Source: Trichosphaerium sp. ATCC 40318 (lineage: Eukaryota; Protista; Tubulinea). Taken from it: a stretch of 64,000 nucleotides of DNA. How positions within the stretch are numbered: the stretch's first letter is position 1; the number at the start of each line of letters is the position of its first letter. The position numbers and the translations under genes are program-made. The stretch lies in NCBI GenBank assembly GCA_038496445.1, contig JALMLS010000093.1, forward strand, positions 1 to 64,000, read 5' to 3'. Positions 13,336 through 25,262 of this stretch are shown piece after piece. Below the pieces are notes generated by a model. The model saw only the letters and a program-made list of their open reading frames with translations, ran no database searches and had not been told where the DNA came from.

Positions 13336-16300
13336 TTAACAAACATCGCAAGAACATGTGTTTCCATGTGCTGTACAACCAATATGTCTAACAGAAACTA
13401 ATTCATCACGGCATCCATTATCAAAACATGTTGCGCCCAAAATTGATAGTTGACCCTCACAAAGTCCTCTGTATTCTCTGTTGGAACAAGAGCAATCAAC
13501 TATTCTTTCGCCTAGATGAAAATTCAACTACTACACAATGCAAATTAGAACATACCAGAAAGCGGATCTTCATGCTCGAATCTCAAGCACTCAAGAGGCA
13601 ATCCTGATAGGTCACCTACTCTACTACAACTGTTGTCTACACAACTGTCGGTTTCAGGTTCGTAGTAGCAACATCCACGTGGCTTAAAAACAGAGTCAGA
13701 CAAAGGGTCAACTAACAAGCATTGGACTTACTGCTGTTGGAGCAACTGTAGGTTCTGGGGTTGGTGGTTTTGTTGGTGACAATGTTGGTGGCAGTGTTGG
13801 TGGCAGTGTTGGTGCTGGTGTAGGCTGTACAGTTGGCGGTATAGTTGTTGGAGGTGGCGTTGGTGGCACAGTTGGAGCCTCGGTGGTTGGAGGAGGCGCT
13901 AACTGGTATCAGAATGCTACAATTTGTAAAAAAAAAGAATACACGTACTACAATCACAGCAACAGCTGCACTTGACAGTTATTTCTGCAACCTCATTATT
14001 AGGGCAGCATTCTAGATTCAAAGAAAAGGTATCCACAATTGCGCATTGGCCAAGTGATGATACCGCAAAGCCTTGATCAGTACAAGTACTATAACACAGT
14101 TAGTATTTTGTACCCTTTGAGGAACAACTTACTTGTTGCAGTTTTGTCGTGCTATTTCTGTGGCAGACACTGTAGCATCTCGCGTTGTGCATTCGGCTGC
14201 AGTTCCAGTTCCAACTGCTGGAGTGAAGCAAGGAGGTTCTGTTGGAGTTGTAGGTTCTACAGGAGCCAGTGTAGGTGGTATTGGAACACATGAACAATTG
14301 GACCATACAATCCATAGACCGTGGATTCCGTTGACATTGTACATTAAAACACGTAATTCGTTCTGACCAACAACTAGTCCGTTTGCGGTATTGAGCTCGA
14401 ATTCAGGAATATCTGTATAATTTCTTTCGGCGAATGGTACGCAGGTCATGTCAAATGCGTCTCCGTTAATTCTCCCGCCAGTGAACGTATCATCTCTCCA
14501 GCAGCGTCCTCTTAGCACTGGATTTACGCAATCTGAAAGACCAATAAGGTGGACAAAACAAAAACAAAAAAAAGGCACGTGCCTTCAGGAACATTGAACT
14601 CTGTTGCGAATTCAATTGACCTTGCCTGTGGTTCTCCATGTGATCTGATCCAGTAACCCTGTTGAAAGAAGAGTATTAATAACAAGACACAAACATGAAT
14701 TAGGTGTACTGGTGGAGGTGTTTGAAACAATGTGTTTGGAAAAGCCCAATTTGGAGCACCTCCAGCGGTGAAGGCTCTACAACATGGGCTTGGTGAAGTA
14801 ACCACAGGATCATTCCAGCAATCGGAATAGTTGGTATCATTACTTCCACAAACTTGCCAGTGTGGATCCACTGATGTTGGAGGGAATGGAAACGAAGGAA
14901 CAAATGTTGGAGGAATGTTATCATAGTTGGCATCAACACCTACAAATACAGTAAGAACATCGCTAGTACATTTAAAACACTTTCATACCTGTTGGGAACA
15001 AATTGAACGCTTCTAGGCATTGCTGTATTGGGTCATATGAAGGCGTTGGAGGTAGAGTTGTAGGAGGGGCAGTAGGTGCTGGTGTGGTAGGTACAAAACT
15101 TCCAAAGAGCTGTCCACATGTTTGCGCATTACTAAATCTCCAACCAAGAGCTTGAAAGCGGTTATTTGAAAGTAGCTAGCAGAATGATGTGTACTGTATA
15201 GAATTGAAACTTCTTCTACAGTCCAGGATCTCCTTGTTTGTGTAGCTGAAATAAATGGTCTCATTACAGCATCTGTGTGGATGACTTGGTCTAGATGACC
15301 CATGCTTGAGCCAGGTAGGTACCCAGACGGCGTGTAAAGTACTGGTAGAGTCTCTCCGATTCCTGGACAATCAGTTGTATCAACGGAGTCAAATAAAAGT
15401 TGACCAAGGCCACCTCTATTGGGAAGGTTAAGAATGGTTGGGTTGTTTGGTACAAAAGTAACTTACGTTGGTGCACCTTGAGCCACAGCGTAAGCGCCTG
15501 TTGCATCAAGCACTGAAGCACCGGATGAAGCAACTGTGATGTGCCTATCGAAGAGGGTACGACAGTTCTAGTGTGATGATAAGAACTAGGAACGATTGCT
15601 AGGTTAAACTAGCGTACCGTCAATGACGTTCTACTGCTTCCGTCTGCTGCGATGGTACTCAAAAAACCCATACCGTGAGTCATTTCATGCAGTATCACAG
15701 AATAGAAATCTGTTTGTCCTGCTCCTGGAGTACCAGTTCCGTAATAATAGTCTACACACACGTGTTAGCAAGGTATTACTATTTTTTTGGTGACGTACTA
15801 GCTCCAAAGTTTACTTGAAGGTTGATATGTGGGTTTGTTCCGAAGGTGGGATCAACACCAGTTGTAAAAACAGTCACAGGGAAAGGCGTTTGGTATCCAG
15901 TCACAAGATTGAAAAACGCTCCTGCACTTGCCAGCATCCCTCCACCATTGTTGAGTGAAGGCCGGACGTTAATGTAGATATCAGCTGTAAACGAGGGTAA
16001 GAAAAATTTGGTAAAGAATGTTTAAAAAAGTTTACCTGAAGATACTCCGCTGGGCAATGCTAGTGCGCTGCCAATGTCAATTAGTACAGTTTCAAGAAAA
16101 GATCTTCTTGTAGCGCCGTCAATAGGGTCGTTGAATCCTGTACCAATGTCTTGGTAGTCAACGAGCCAGGTAACGCTAGATGTCAATACCTGACGAAGAA
16201 TAGTTAGAGATAGTCCTAAGGTTCATCTTGAGTTCTATGGACGTACTGTTTGGATCTGTTGTATGTTTCTCTTCGTTCCTATGTTTGATACCTCAAAACA

Positions 16301-16461
16301 ATCTAATCTAGTACACTCTACAATGCGAGGTCTTGTCTAAATACAAGTCAGAGATGAGGTTACAGCGAAGTAGGAAAAAGTACTGGGTCTCTTTCTATCG
16401 GTCCTGCAAATACAGACAAAATACAAAGTACAACGACTACAAATACTCCAGTTGTTGCCAT
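13336..16461 (-). CDS. Secreted zinc metallopeptidase-like protein with Pro/Thr-rich linkers and Cys-rich modules (multi-exon)
   Basis: Signal peptide MATTGVFVVVVLCILSVFAG; DFYSVILHEMTHGMGF (HExxH) followed by PGSSMGHLD...VMRP (third His and Met-turn-like); several PT/PP-rich stretches. Confidence 0.75.
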
Positions 16462-17399
16462 TTGCTTGTTGTTTCTATCGTTTTATATCGTTTTGAATGG
16501 GTAATGAATATGTGAGTTTGTGAGAAAACTCATTTTTTTTTGCGTTCACTTTCTCTGACTTAAAGCGTTCACGTGATTTTTCGGACTCTCGGTTTTGAGC
16601 CTCAAAGTTGTTTATACCATCATATAAAGAGATTACTTTTAGTAACTGTGAGAGATCAGTGAATAACCTTTCCTCTAAGATTCCCGGTCAATCTCGCTTC
16701 GAAGCATACCTTTAACAAAGTAAAACAGACGTTTTTAAGCTTCGGACATAAAAGCTCCAATATACCCAAACTTATTGTGTTCGCAAATATTTGCCAGAAC
16801 AGAACACCTTTTAAAGATTTTCTGTACATATAACAAGTAAGTAAACTAACATAAAATAACACTTGAGACCCACATCAACAACAGGTGAAGTCACTTTTAG
16901 TTCACACAACTGCAGTTTTCATCTTTCGAGGGTAAAAATAAAAGGACTATTTATGAAGATCTGTTATACCAAGCTGTTGTAGGTATAAAAAGTTACCACG
17001 TGGCATTAAACGACATACGCCAAAAAGGCTTAAAAAGAAATTAAGTGATTTTGCGTTTCATGAGGATAAGGTTCCTTTTAGGATTTGAGTTTTTTTTTCC
17101 ATTCCGAAGGAAACTCACCTGATTTTCAAAATGTTACGAACCAATGTACACTCATGGGTTTGGTATTCTGGTCTCCTTACATAGCTTACATCTTTGACTA
17201 CGTCATCAATCACCAACAAGAATGGGTATAAATATCGGGTCGGGTATTGGAGCAAACAAGTAACTAGTGCAGTCTTCAGATTTTGACGAAGCTGTGATAA
17301 GCATACAAAAGATGTGAACTGCTATCTGAATAATTTTGTTTCCAGACAACTCCTATCTTGAGTAGTGTTTCAAAATTGCAAACAATGTTTATTTATAAA

Positions 17400-19240
17400 G
17401 ATTTGGTTCAATTTACAATACGTCCATAGCGAGTATTGGGTCCTCCAACTCGTTGAAATCACTGTTTACAATGCTAATTCGAGGTAGTTTCAAGCTTACT
17501 GAGAACGAAAAGGTCTTTGTGAGGTGTCTGCTGTTTAGACACAAGCTTTTTTTCAATACTAACAAAGTCTATACATGTCACATTGTCGCTGCGTAAGCAA
17601 AACCTGTACTAAATCAAAGTTAATACAACTCAAACTACTTTAAGTGCTGCAAATTCTGCTTTAAATCACATGATATTTATGGCTACATGTAGCTTTGCGC
17701 ATTGTTTTTTTCATAATTACTAACAGACAAGGGCTTGGGTGCTTTTCAAGGAAGAGAACTTTAAAGTGCTTTTATTGTACAGTTTATGTAATAGCAGCAT
17801 GCCATTCTGCTTGCGCTTGTAGCATTGATTCAAATTCACTGTATTTAAATGTAAGACAGACTCGCAAACTATTTGAACAGTTAGGAATGTTGTCAACAAT
17901 AAAGTAATGACGCACAATAATTGGTGCCACTAGGTTTTAGTTTATAAAGGCTTGCATTTGACGAACTGGGTATCCAATATAACTGAAGTACAATACGAAA
18001 GTAATAAGGGATGCACATGAGCGAGCAATTGCCATTTGTCCTTTAGTATCTGGTTCTGTATATCTATTACCCACTATTGACGTAATTGTTAGTTTGATGA
18101 AAAGCAGCACGTAGATTGTTAGGAGCGTACATAGGTATCTATCTCTAAACAAGCTGATTGTTAAACTGATAAGCAATAAGAACCCAACAAGAGCGCATAT
18201 TTTGACAGCCACCATAAAGTTATATCATCACATGCAATATTACCATACCGTGTTGATAAAGGAAATTCTGGCTCATTGCCTTTAGGCTAATCAAACCATT
18301 AATATGTCTTTAATGCTTAAAGTCCATACTAAATACCCATTCAATCCATAATGCGCTCTCTTGGTAATAACACTTCAGCCAAGTTCTCTACCACAGAGCA
18401 AAGGTAGAATAGCGCCTATATAAAAAACAGTGAAAATGAGAAACTGCTTAAACAAAGAACAGGTAAGGTTATAGAATATGTACAATGAACTCTGCAGTAT
18501 TGGTCAACATGAGTTGATCAAGTTCTGCTGATGTAGTGGTTTCAAATATTGTGCTAGTGTTGATGTAAATGTGTTTTCAATGACAGCTATTAATAGCATT
18601 AAACGGTATCTGTATTGCGCAGCTATAAATGCTGGGTATGAATAAAAAACCAACCGTTAGAATACCTGTACCAATCTATAAACCAGCACCTTGTAATCAT
18701 GTACAGGAAACTGGCAAAGTAGAAGCTAGGAAACATTACTTTTATGAACACCAATTGTATCTTGACTGTATACTACTTATATAGTAACACATGCCGATGG
18801 AAATACTCCAATATTTTGCTAATAGTTACCTGTTTGATCATTAAGTATTTCAGTTTATTGGATTGAAAGATAGACTAAAACTGCTAGTAGAAATCACATG
18901 AGATATCAGTAAACAGTGAATCTACCAAAACCATCAGCTCATAGTCCCAAATCTGTTTTTTCATCATGTGAGAAAAGAAGGCAAATGTTTGGCATTCTAT
19001 GAAGTAACTCATGTAGTCCATCTGATTTGCGTGTCTGTAACAATTGCATTGACGGCTTGCGCTATAGCTGTAAACCATAAAGTGCATACAATCCGCGCCA
19101 ATGTGGCTAACATAACACAGTCAGTATTAAACTTCAAAGCCCTTACCTGCCATTAGTGTAATACCACAATACATTTCCTGGACAGCTAGCGTAACTTAAG
19201 TACACAAGTGTAGTGCTTGGTAGATGGCTATGTGCATGAC
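17400..19240 (-). CDS. Multi-pass membrane protein of unknown function (ends uncertain)
   Basis: Several hydrophobic exon segments (e.g. VAVKICALVGFLLLISLTISLF; CASLITFVLYFSYIG) separated by GT-AG introns. Confidence 0.4.
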
Positions 19241-19377
19241 ATCTTTTGCGTATTACATTTTCTCGACTTTTTAATTGCGCAAACAGAAAGTGTCGGTTCA
19301 TTCGCGTGCACAAGAAAAGTCATATCAAATCTCCAACCCTCCAAGTCTAAACAAGTAAAAACCCCAAATCAACAGAC

Positions 19378-20969
19378 ATGAGTGAGTCAAAGGTATCAGA
19401 ACCAGTAAAAGGGAAAGTAGCCATTATAGGCAGTGGGCTTATTGGCAGCAGTTGGGCAATCGTATGGGGGAACGCTTACACTGTATACGCTTAGAATAAG
19501 CTAGGTTTGGGCCCGTGCTGGGTACTCTGTTTGTTTGTTTGACACTTTTAAAGAAGCGCTACCAAAAGCGCTTGAAAAGATTAAGGAGAAGCTAGATACG
19601 CTATCAAAGAACTCTTTGCTTAAAGGTTGACGCGATTAAAAGGGTTTTTAGTTGTGAACTGATTTAATAACGTCTTTTCTTTTAGGTAACGCTCCTGAGG
19701 ATGTTTTGAAGCGTATAACGACATGTGAATCGATTGAAGAAGCCACAAAGAATACAATACTCGTGCAGGCAAGTAAATACGCTCAAACGCGTACAAATGA
19801 CTTACGAGTACGGTAGGAGTGTATTCCAGAGAAAATTGAGTTAAAAAAACAGTTATTCGGCCAACTTGACAAACTAGTGTCAAAAGATACTGTACGACCT
19901 TTGTTTATTACCGAGCAGCCATTTTACCTCTCTTTACTTTGAATTGACGTTTGTTGATGTTGTTCTACAGATTCTTGGCAGCTCGACGTCTGGCATCCCA
20001 GCTTCTCAATTTACAGAAGAATTGGAAGGCAGAAGTCGTTGTATTGTTGTTCACCCTGTTAACCCTCCAGAAGTCATCCCACTCGTTGGTACGTATAATA
20101 GGTATCCTATCAATGTGATTAATGGTTTAATAGAGCTTGTACCTTCTCCTTGGACTGATCCTAAGGTCTTAGAGAAAAGTAAGGCTTTGATGGAAGAAAT
20201 CGGTCAAGTCCCTGTCATTTTGAGAAAAGAAGTTAACGGATTTGTTCAGCCTAGGTACGCTTTTTTACTCCAGTTGTCGCTGCTATTATTTATTTATATT
20301 ATTGTGCGCTGTTTAACATGTATTTTAGATTACAGTACGCCATCATGGCTGAGATTTTCAGGCACGAATGATGTTTAACAAATGATTAAGGTGTCAAACT
20401 TGTCTTTTTTTTTTAACGGTTTGTTAGGCTTATTGAGGATAATGTACTTTCTCCTGAAGATATTGATAAGACTGTGATTTATGGTTTATGCCAAAGATGG
20501 TCGTTCTTGGGTGTTGTAGGAACATTGGATCTAAATGCACCAAAAGGTAAACAACTCGAATTTCTCTTACTTTTTTTTTTTTGATATTTTTTTTGATGAC
20601 GTTTTTGAAGGTGTTACTGATTATTGTGATCGCTACATGGGCAATATGTACCGTTGTGTTGATGAAATGGATAACTCGCGAAAATTTGATTCTACCACTT
20701 ACAAGAAAATGGATGAGTCTATGAGGAAGCAATGGAAAGTAGAAGACATACCAAAGGTAATAACATTAAAAAAACCTTCAACAAAAAGTTCTTTTTTTTG
20801 TTCAAGTTCTTGAACGACGTTTTTTGTGCTTCTCTTCCTCTTGTTTTTATACAATATATAGATGTGGGAATGGAGAAATAAGCGCCTTATGGCATATGCA
20901 AGACATTTGGAGGAAGATCGTAAGATTGACGAGGAGTACAAAAAGTACTTTGGAGAAGGGAAAATGTAG
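19378..20969 (+). CDS. CRYL1: Lambda-crystallin / L-gulonate 3-dehydrogenase (3-hydroxyacyl-CoA dehydrogenase family)
   Basis: KVAIIGSGLIGSSWA Rossmann motif, VQECIPE, ILGSSTS, VHPVNPP..IPLVELVP, KEVNGFV..RLQYAI. Confidence 0.9.
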
Positions 20970-21811
20970 TTGTATAACCTGCACTTTTTTGCCTGTGTAG
21001 GCATCAACAATGGGCTGTGTAGTTTTAAAAGCCCAATTATCTAATCACCATATATCATCTTTATTTAAATAAAGTTATTTTTATCACGTGACGTAGGATT
21101 GGCTTTCTATTGCCATATCCAGTTCATTCTAGCTATTGTGCATGCTGAATAAGGTACTTTCATCAGTTAAGTAAAATATCGGCTGCTCTACAACTTACGT
21201 ATACGTATGTATCAGAATAAAGCACTCAAAGATGTACATGGCACTTGATGGAACATTTTGAAAAGTGGCTTAACGTAGACAATACATTTAACAGACGGCA
21301 GTTCCTAACAGATGAGGAATCAAATCACATACTAATACCAACTCTTATCACATGGTTTTCAATAGTAAGCAAAGGGTTGAAACTCTGTATTTGCGGTAAT
21401 GCCAAGATGAAGGTTTGAAAACCTGGTAAATCTGTAGGAGCTTAGTTATCTATTCTCATACTAACAATAACTAAAGATTGCTTAAAACTCCTTGCCTAAA
21501 AAGGTTTTTTTTGGCAAATACAGCCTTACTGACGAGGATGTTGCTGAACATTCCACAACTCCATTTTTATTTCGTACATACTTTAGCGAGTGAAAGCGTT
21601 TACAGTGACTGTACCAGCCACTTGGTTTTTTCTTTCAACAACGGAACTCGCCTAGTACAATAAGCCAATAAAATTATTAATTAAATAACTTTTTTTATTT
21701 GTCGTTGTTGCACATTGCTCATTTTTTGCACCTAGGAGCAAAAAAAACGTTAAAACGCTTATTTAATCGCTCATCTAAATTACTAAGTGTACTAGCTGAA
21801 AAAATAATAAA

Positions 21812-22146
21812 TCTGTTTGATACACGTTTTGCGAAACAAAACGTCAGCGTAACGGTTTTCATACGTTAGATAGGTTGCACAAGGCTTTGTTGGCGTTTTT
21901 AGATGTGCATTATCCATATTTGAGTATTTTAAGTGGATATTTAAGTGAATTGTATCGACAATACAACCAGAAAACAGAAGTTATCGTTTGGTAGCATGTT
22001 TTGCGAACCAAAACATCGCCAATAAGGTTTCCATGCGTGTAAATAGCCATCACAAGCCTTTGTGAGCGTTTTGAAATGTGCATTATCCATTTTTGAAGTA
22101 TTAAAATAGAATTTTCAGTGAAGTGTATCCCACAATTTATTTCTGG
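21812..22146 (+). repeat. Two tandem ~173-bp units upstream of ncRNA-A (shared with 59203-59539)
   Basis: atgtgcattatccat recurs at 21903 and 22076 (period 173). A long block (tatccatatttgagtattt.aagtggatattt.agtgaa.tgtatcgacaatacaaccagaaaacagaagttatcg) is nearly identical to the 59.3 kb copy. Confidence 0.9.
22128..22135 (+). promoter_or_regulatory. DUSE/USE-like element TCCCACAA, 64 nt upstream of ncRNA-A
   Basis: Near-identical motif and the same spacing as the element before U6. Confidence 0.7.
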
Positions 22147-22191
22147 ACAGAATCTTGGTGTACAAAAGTAAAAAAAAATGTATTATCAAAT

Positions 22192-22440
22192 GAGACGGCG
22201 AGTGGTCTCCGCCAATTACCTACTACTTATTCACACTGGGGTAGGTCGGACTTTATTCCAGAGGTCTGGGGATGACTTCCCGGACAGGCATTCATTGGGC
22301 TGTTACCTTGAGTCAGGGTATTTAATCGGTATAGTAAAATTGTAAATCCAGATGCAGCACGTTCTAGGGTAGAACTAAAACCAACGATACGTCAAAGTAA
22401 GGGCTTCCGTGACACCGAAGTAATCCGCCTTGCTTTTTTT
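22192..22440 (+). ncRNA. Unassigned structured ~250-nt Pol III-type RNA, copy A
   Basis: USE at -64, GC-richer structured body, T7 terminator; helices covary with the copy at 59582-59839. Confidence 0.75.
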
Positions 22441-22460
22441 GTGATTTTGATGTTACTGTT

Positions 22461-23666
22461 ATGGTATTCCGTTTGTTGGATAAGTCGAGAGACTTCAGTT
22501 TTTTCAACTTGAGCTGTTTGTGCAGTTGCATAGAATTACTTTTTTTTTGTTACACTGTGTACTACTTTTTGTTCCGGAAGTCTTATCTATCACCACACTT
22601 TTATCAAAGCCGAATTGAAAAGATTCTTGCCCTACTTTCAACGACAGAGTGGCTTGCGTACTTACTCTACGCGCAATAAGAGCTCACAGTAAGTATTGGG
22701 GTAGTTTCAGGTAAATACCATTTGGACGAACCGCTTTCTTTACCACCAAAAAAAAATGATTTTGGTACGCTAGGAGTAGGCCTAGACGATGCAAACTACT
22801 ACAAATGTAAACAAAGTACTTATATAATTTAGAAATTATCACATAGGTGGAAAAGGACAAAGTGCGAAGACCTGCGTATATTTGGCACACAGGTACATGT
22901 TACTTTTTTTTGAACCCAACCTGTTGGTTTTAACTAAGGTTTTTAAAGGCAATAGGAGCATAACGTATATAGCACAGATGCCTGCCAAGTTTGTTAATTA
23001 CCTGGTAACAAAGATGCTGTTTAAAGCATCCCACCCTGATTTTTGTTGGTTCACGTGGAACAAGTCTCCAATAATACTCCATGCCGTCCCTGTTGAACAA
23101 TTTAAACACAAGTATTGTTATTGTATGTACTCTGTCTAATATCTTGTCCAGTGACTTGCACCGTTATCTCAAAAGAGTATAAAAAAATGTATCTATCGGA
23201 ATGCTGTCTAAAGCAAGCTCGCCGGCTTGCTAAGATGCCAAACCTTGTTTATAAACAAGGTCTACTGGTAGCGAGCTTTGAAGCAATGCTACATATTGGC
23301 ACTGTGGCACTGTATAGACGAGATGTCTCAATTGAAGACCTGTATAAGAACTTGGTTAGTTTAGAAGAATTTGTAGATAGACATTCGTCTATCGACCTGT
23401 ATATTGCGCCTTTGTTCTTCAGACAAGGTGATACGTTCACTCTTGGTGCTGTGATTGACTCTTCGTTCATGCTTCAAATCTTCAGAGCGAATGCGAAGCA
23501 GGTTATACAATGGAAGAAACGAGACTCCAAGAAAGCCAACTCCAAGAAAAGCAGCTCCAATAACAAAAAGGAAAACAATAACAAGCGGTTTTTGTACTAT
23601 CAGAAAGTATTGGCCAAGATGCACTATGTTTCGGCCACATTCAGTTGTATGATACTAGGTGAATAG
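22461..23666 (+). CDS. Uncharacterised protein with basic C-terminal tail, paralog of 60095-61236; 5' end unresolved and possibly degenerate
   Basis: RRPAYIW / IAQMPAKFVNYLVTKMLFK..DFCWFTW / QARRLAKMPNL / FEAMLHIGTVALY / LGAVIDSSFMLQI align with the 60-61 kb gene. There is a TAA at 22677-22679 in the putative first exon. Confidence 0.65.
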
Positions 23667-24932
23667 CACTTGGATTAATAGGTACAAGCGAAATATTTGC
23701 TCATGACGAGAAAGCCTGTGTAAGTTTAGGATTTGAAATAACACTATTTTTTTTTAGTGCTAAGCCTGATTTTTAGGGGTGGTTTGTGAGCATAGGTAGC
23801 CTTGTGCAACTCTGCAAGCTATAAGATTAGTATTATCGAGTACTTCGGATGAGCATAAAGTCACGTGCGTGCTACAAATCGAGTTGTCTTTTAAAAAGTA
23901 GGCCTAGCGCTAAATACAATAGCGTTATTTCAAGTCAAATCCTTAGTATTTTGTGTCTATCGGAGTTTACAATGGCGCAAATGTACTCTCGAACGAGCAT
24001 GTTTTAAGCTACTGCTGCACGCTACAGCGTTAACATACTTCTATGTAGAGAAAACGCACGCACAGCACCATTCACTAGCTTCTTGTGACATAAGAATCCC
24101 TTTCCGTTTGTACATTGCCTTCACTGTTTTATTCCGCTGTTATTTGTAAACGTTTATTGAGGTTAGCTTCGAGCAAGCCCGCGATCCAGTAGTTTTGTAG
24201 TACATTTTATCGCGTCAACCTCTGCTAATACCTCCGCTCCTAGAGACGATGTTTTACGGACTCCTAACTATTACAACTCAGAACAAACAAAACGGCGTTC
24301 TACAAATTTTTTTGCCCATCTACTCGCCAGTGATAGGAGAAAAACGTCACTTTGAACTGTTTTAATACTAATGTGCTAGAAACGGACTATTTTCAGCAAA
24401 CTTGAACATCACTACAACTCTGAGAAACACGAAACAGATCGCGGACGCGTACATTGATTGTATTAATGTTGACGTACGTATTTACGGCATTCGCGACTGG
24501 TTTGCATAAAAACTGCAAATTCTGCAGGCGAACAGTTTTGTGCATTGAATATACTCATAATATAGCATCGCCAAGTGCCTGCATAAGCTACGATTCTATT
24601 AACGGTATGTGGTCTTTAAAAAAAGAAAAACGAGTGATAACCGTGAAGGTATTCTCACAAAGTTACAGCGGAGACAGTAAAAATCTTCGAAAACTCGTAC
24701 CAACGCCAAACGCTTTGAATTTTCTCGCGGAATTTCTATGAAATCTAATAAAAACTTTCAACCGTTTTTCTCTATTTAGTAACGTATATTGGCGCGATCG
24801 CTTTACATTACGCCGAAAGCAATACTGTTGTTCACTATTGCACCACGTGGTAAACAATTTGTTGACTCTGTAGTGACTTATAGAGAAAAAGTACACAAAG
24901 TCAAAAAAATCATTATTACAAAAACATCACCA

Positions 24933-25262
24933 ATGGAAGCACAACAACAGCGATTCTCAGTATTCAACCTATTCACTAGATCACAACCTACCAGTACATA
25001 CGCTGACTCATCCGACTGTATACCTGAAGCGACCACAGATACACTGCCTGCCAACTCTTTTCAAAGTACGTTTAAATGAATGGCCACATAACCCTTACGC
25101 GGTTTATGGCCTACTTAGTAGTTTACAAATTTTTTTCACTAAATTGTAACTTACACAGGCACATTCCCTAAAAACAACCTGTTCAACCGATCCCTGACAT
25201 GGATGAAGACCAAAAGATACGATAAACACACCGCGGCATCGACTTATGCGCGTTTTCCTTAG
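24933..25262 (+). CDS. Small (~80 aa) two-exon hypothetical protein
   Basis: MEAQQQRFSVFNLF...SFQS joined by a gtacg...cacag intron to TFPKNNLFNRSLTWMKTKRY...ARFP*. Confidence 0.5.

Noticed and set aside
20102-20112. U12-type donor-like gtatcct
   Set aside because: It lies inside an ordinary GTACG intron rather than at the exon boundary; no convincing minor-class intron was found.
21812-22146. CRISPR-like array
   Set aside because: Only two long (173-bp) units without unique spacers, no cas genes, and a eukaryotic context.
22192-22440. Identification of the novel RNA as RNase MRP/P, SRP, U3, U11, telomerase RNA or a group I ribozyme
   Set aside because: ggggatgacttcccggac loosely recalls the MRP CR-I region but is not conserved in copy B and has no matching CR-V partner. 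I see no SRP helix-8 motif, no C/D boxes, no shared telomere template and no group I P7 motifs. A covariance-model search is needed to exclude these formally.
23154-23164. 11-nt match (acttgcaccgt) between the 3' end of ncRNA-B and the paralog gene A, suggesting targeting
   Set aside because: An 11-mer match is expected by chance when comparing ~250 nt with both strands of 64 kb.
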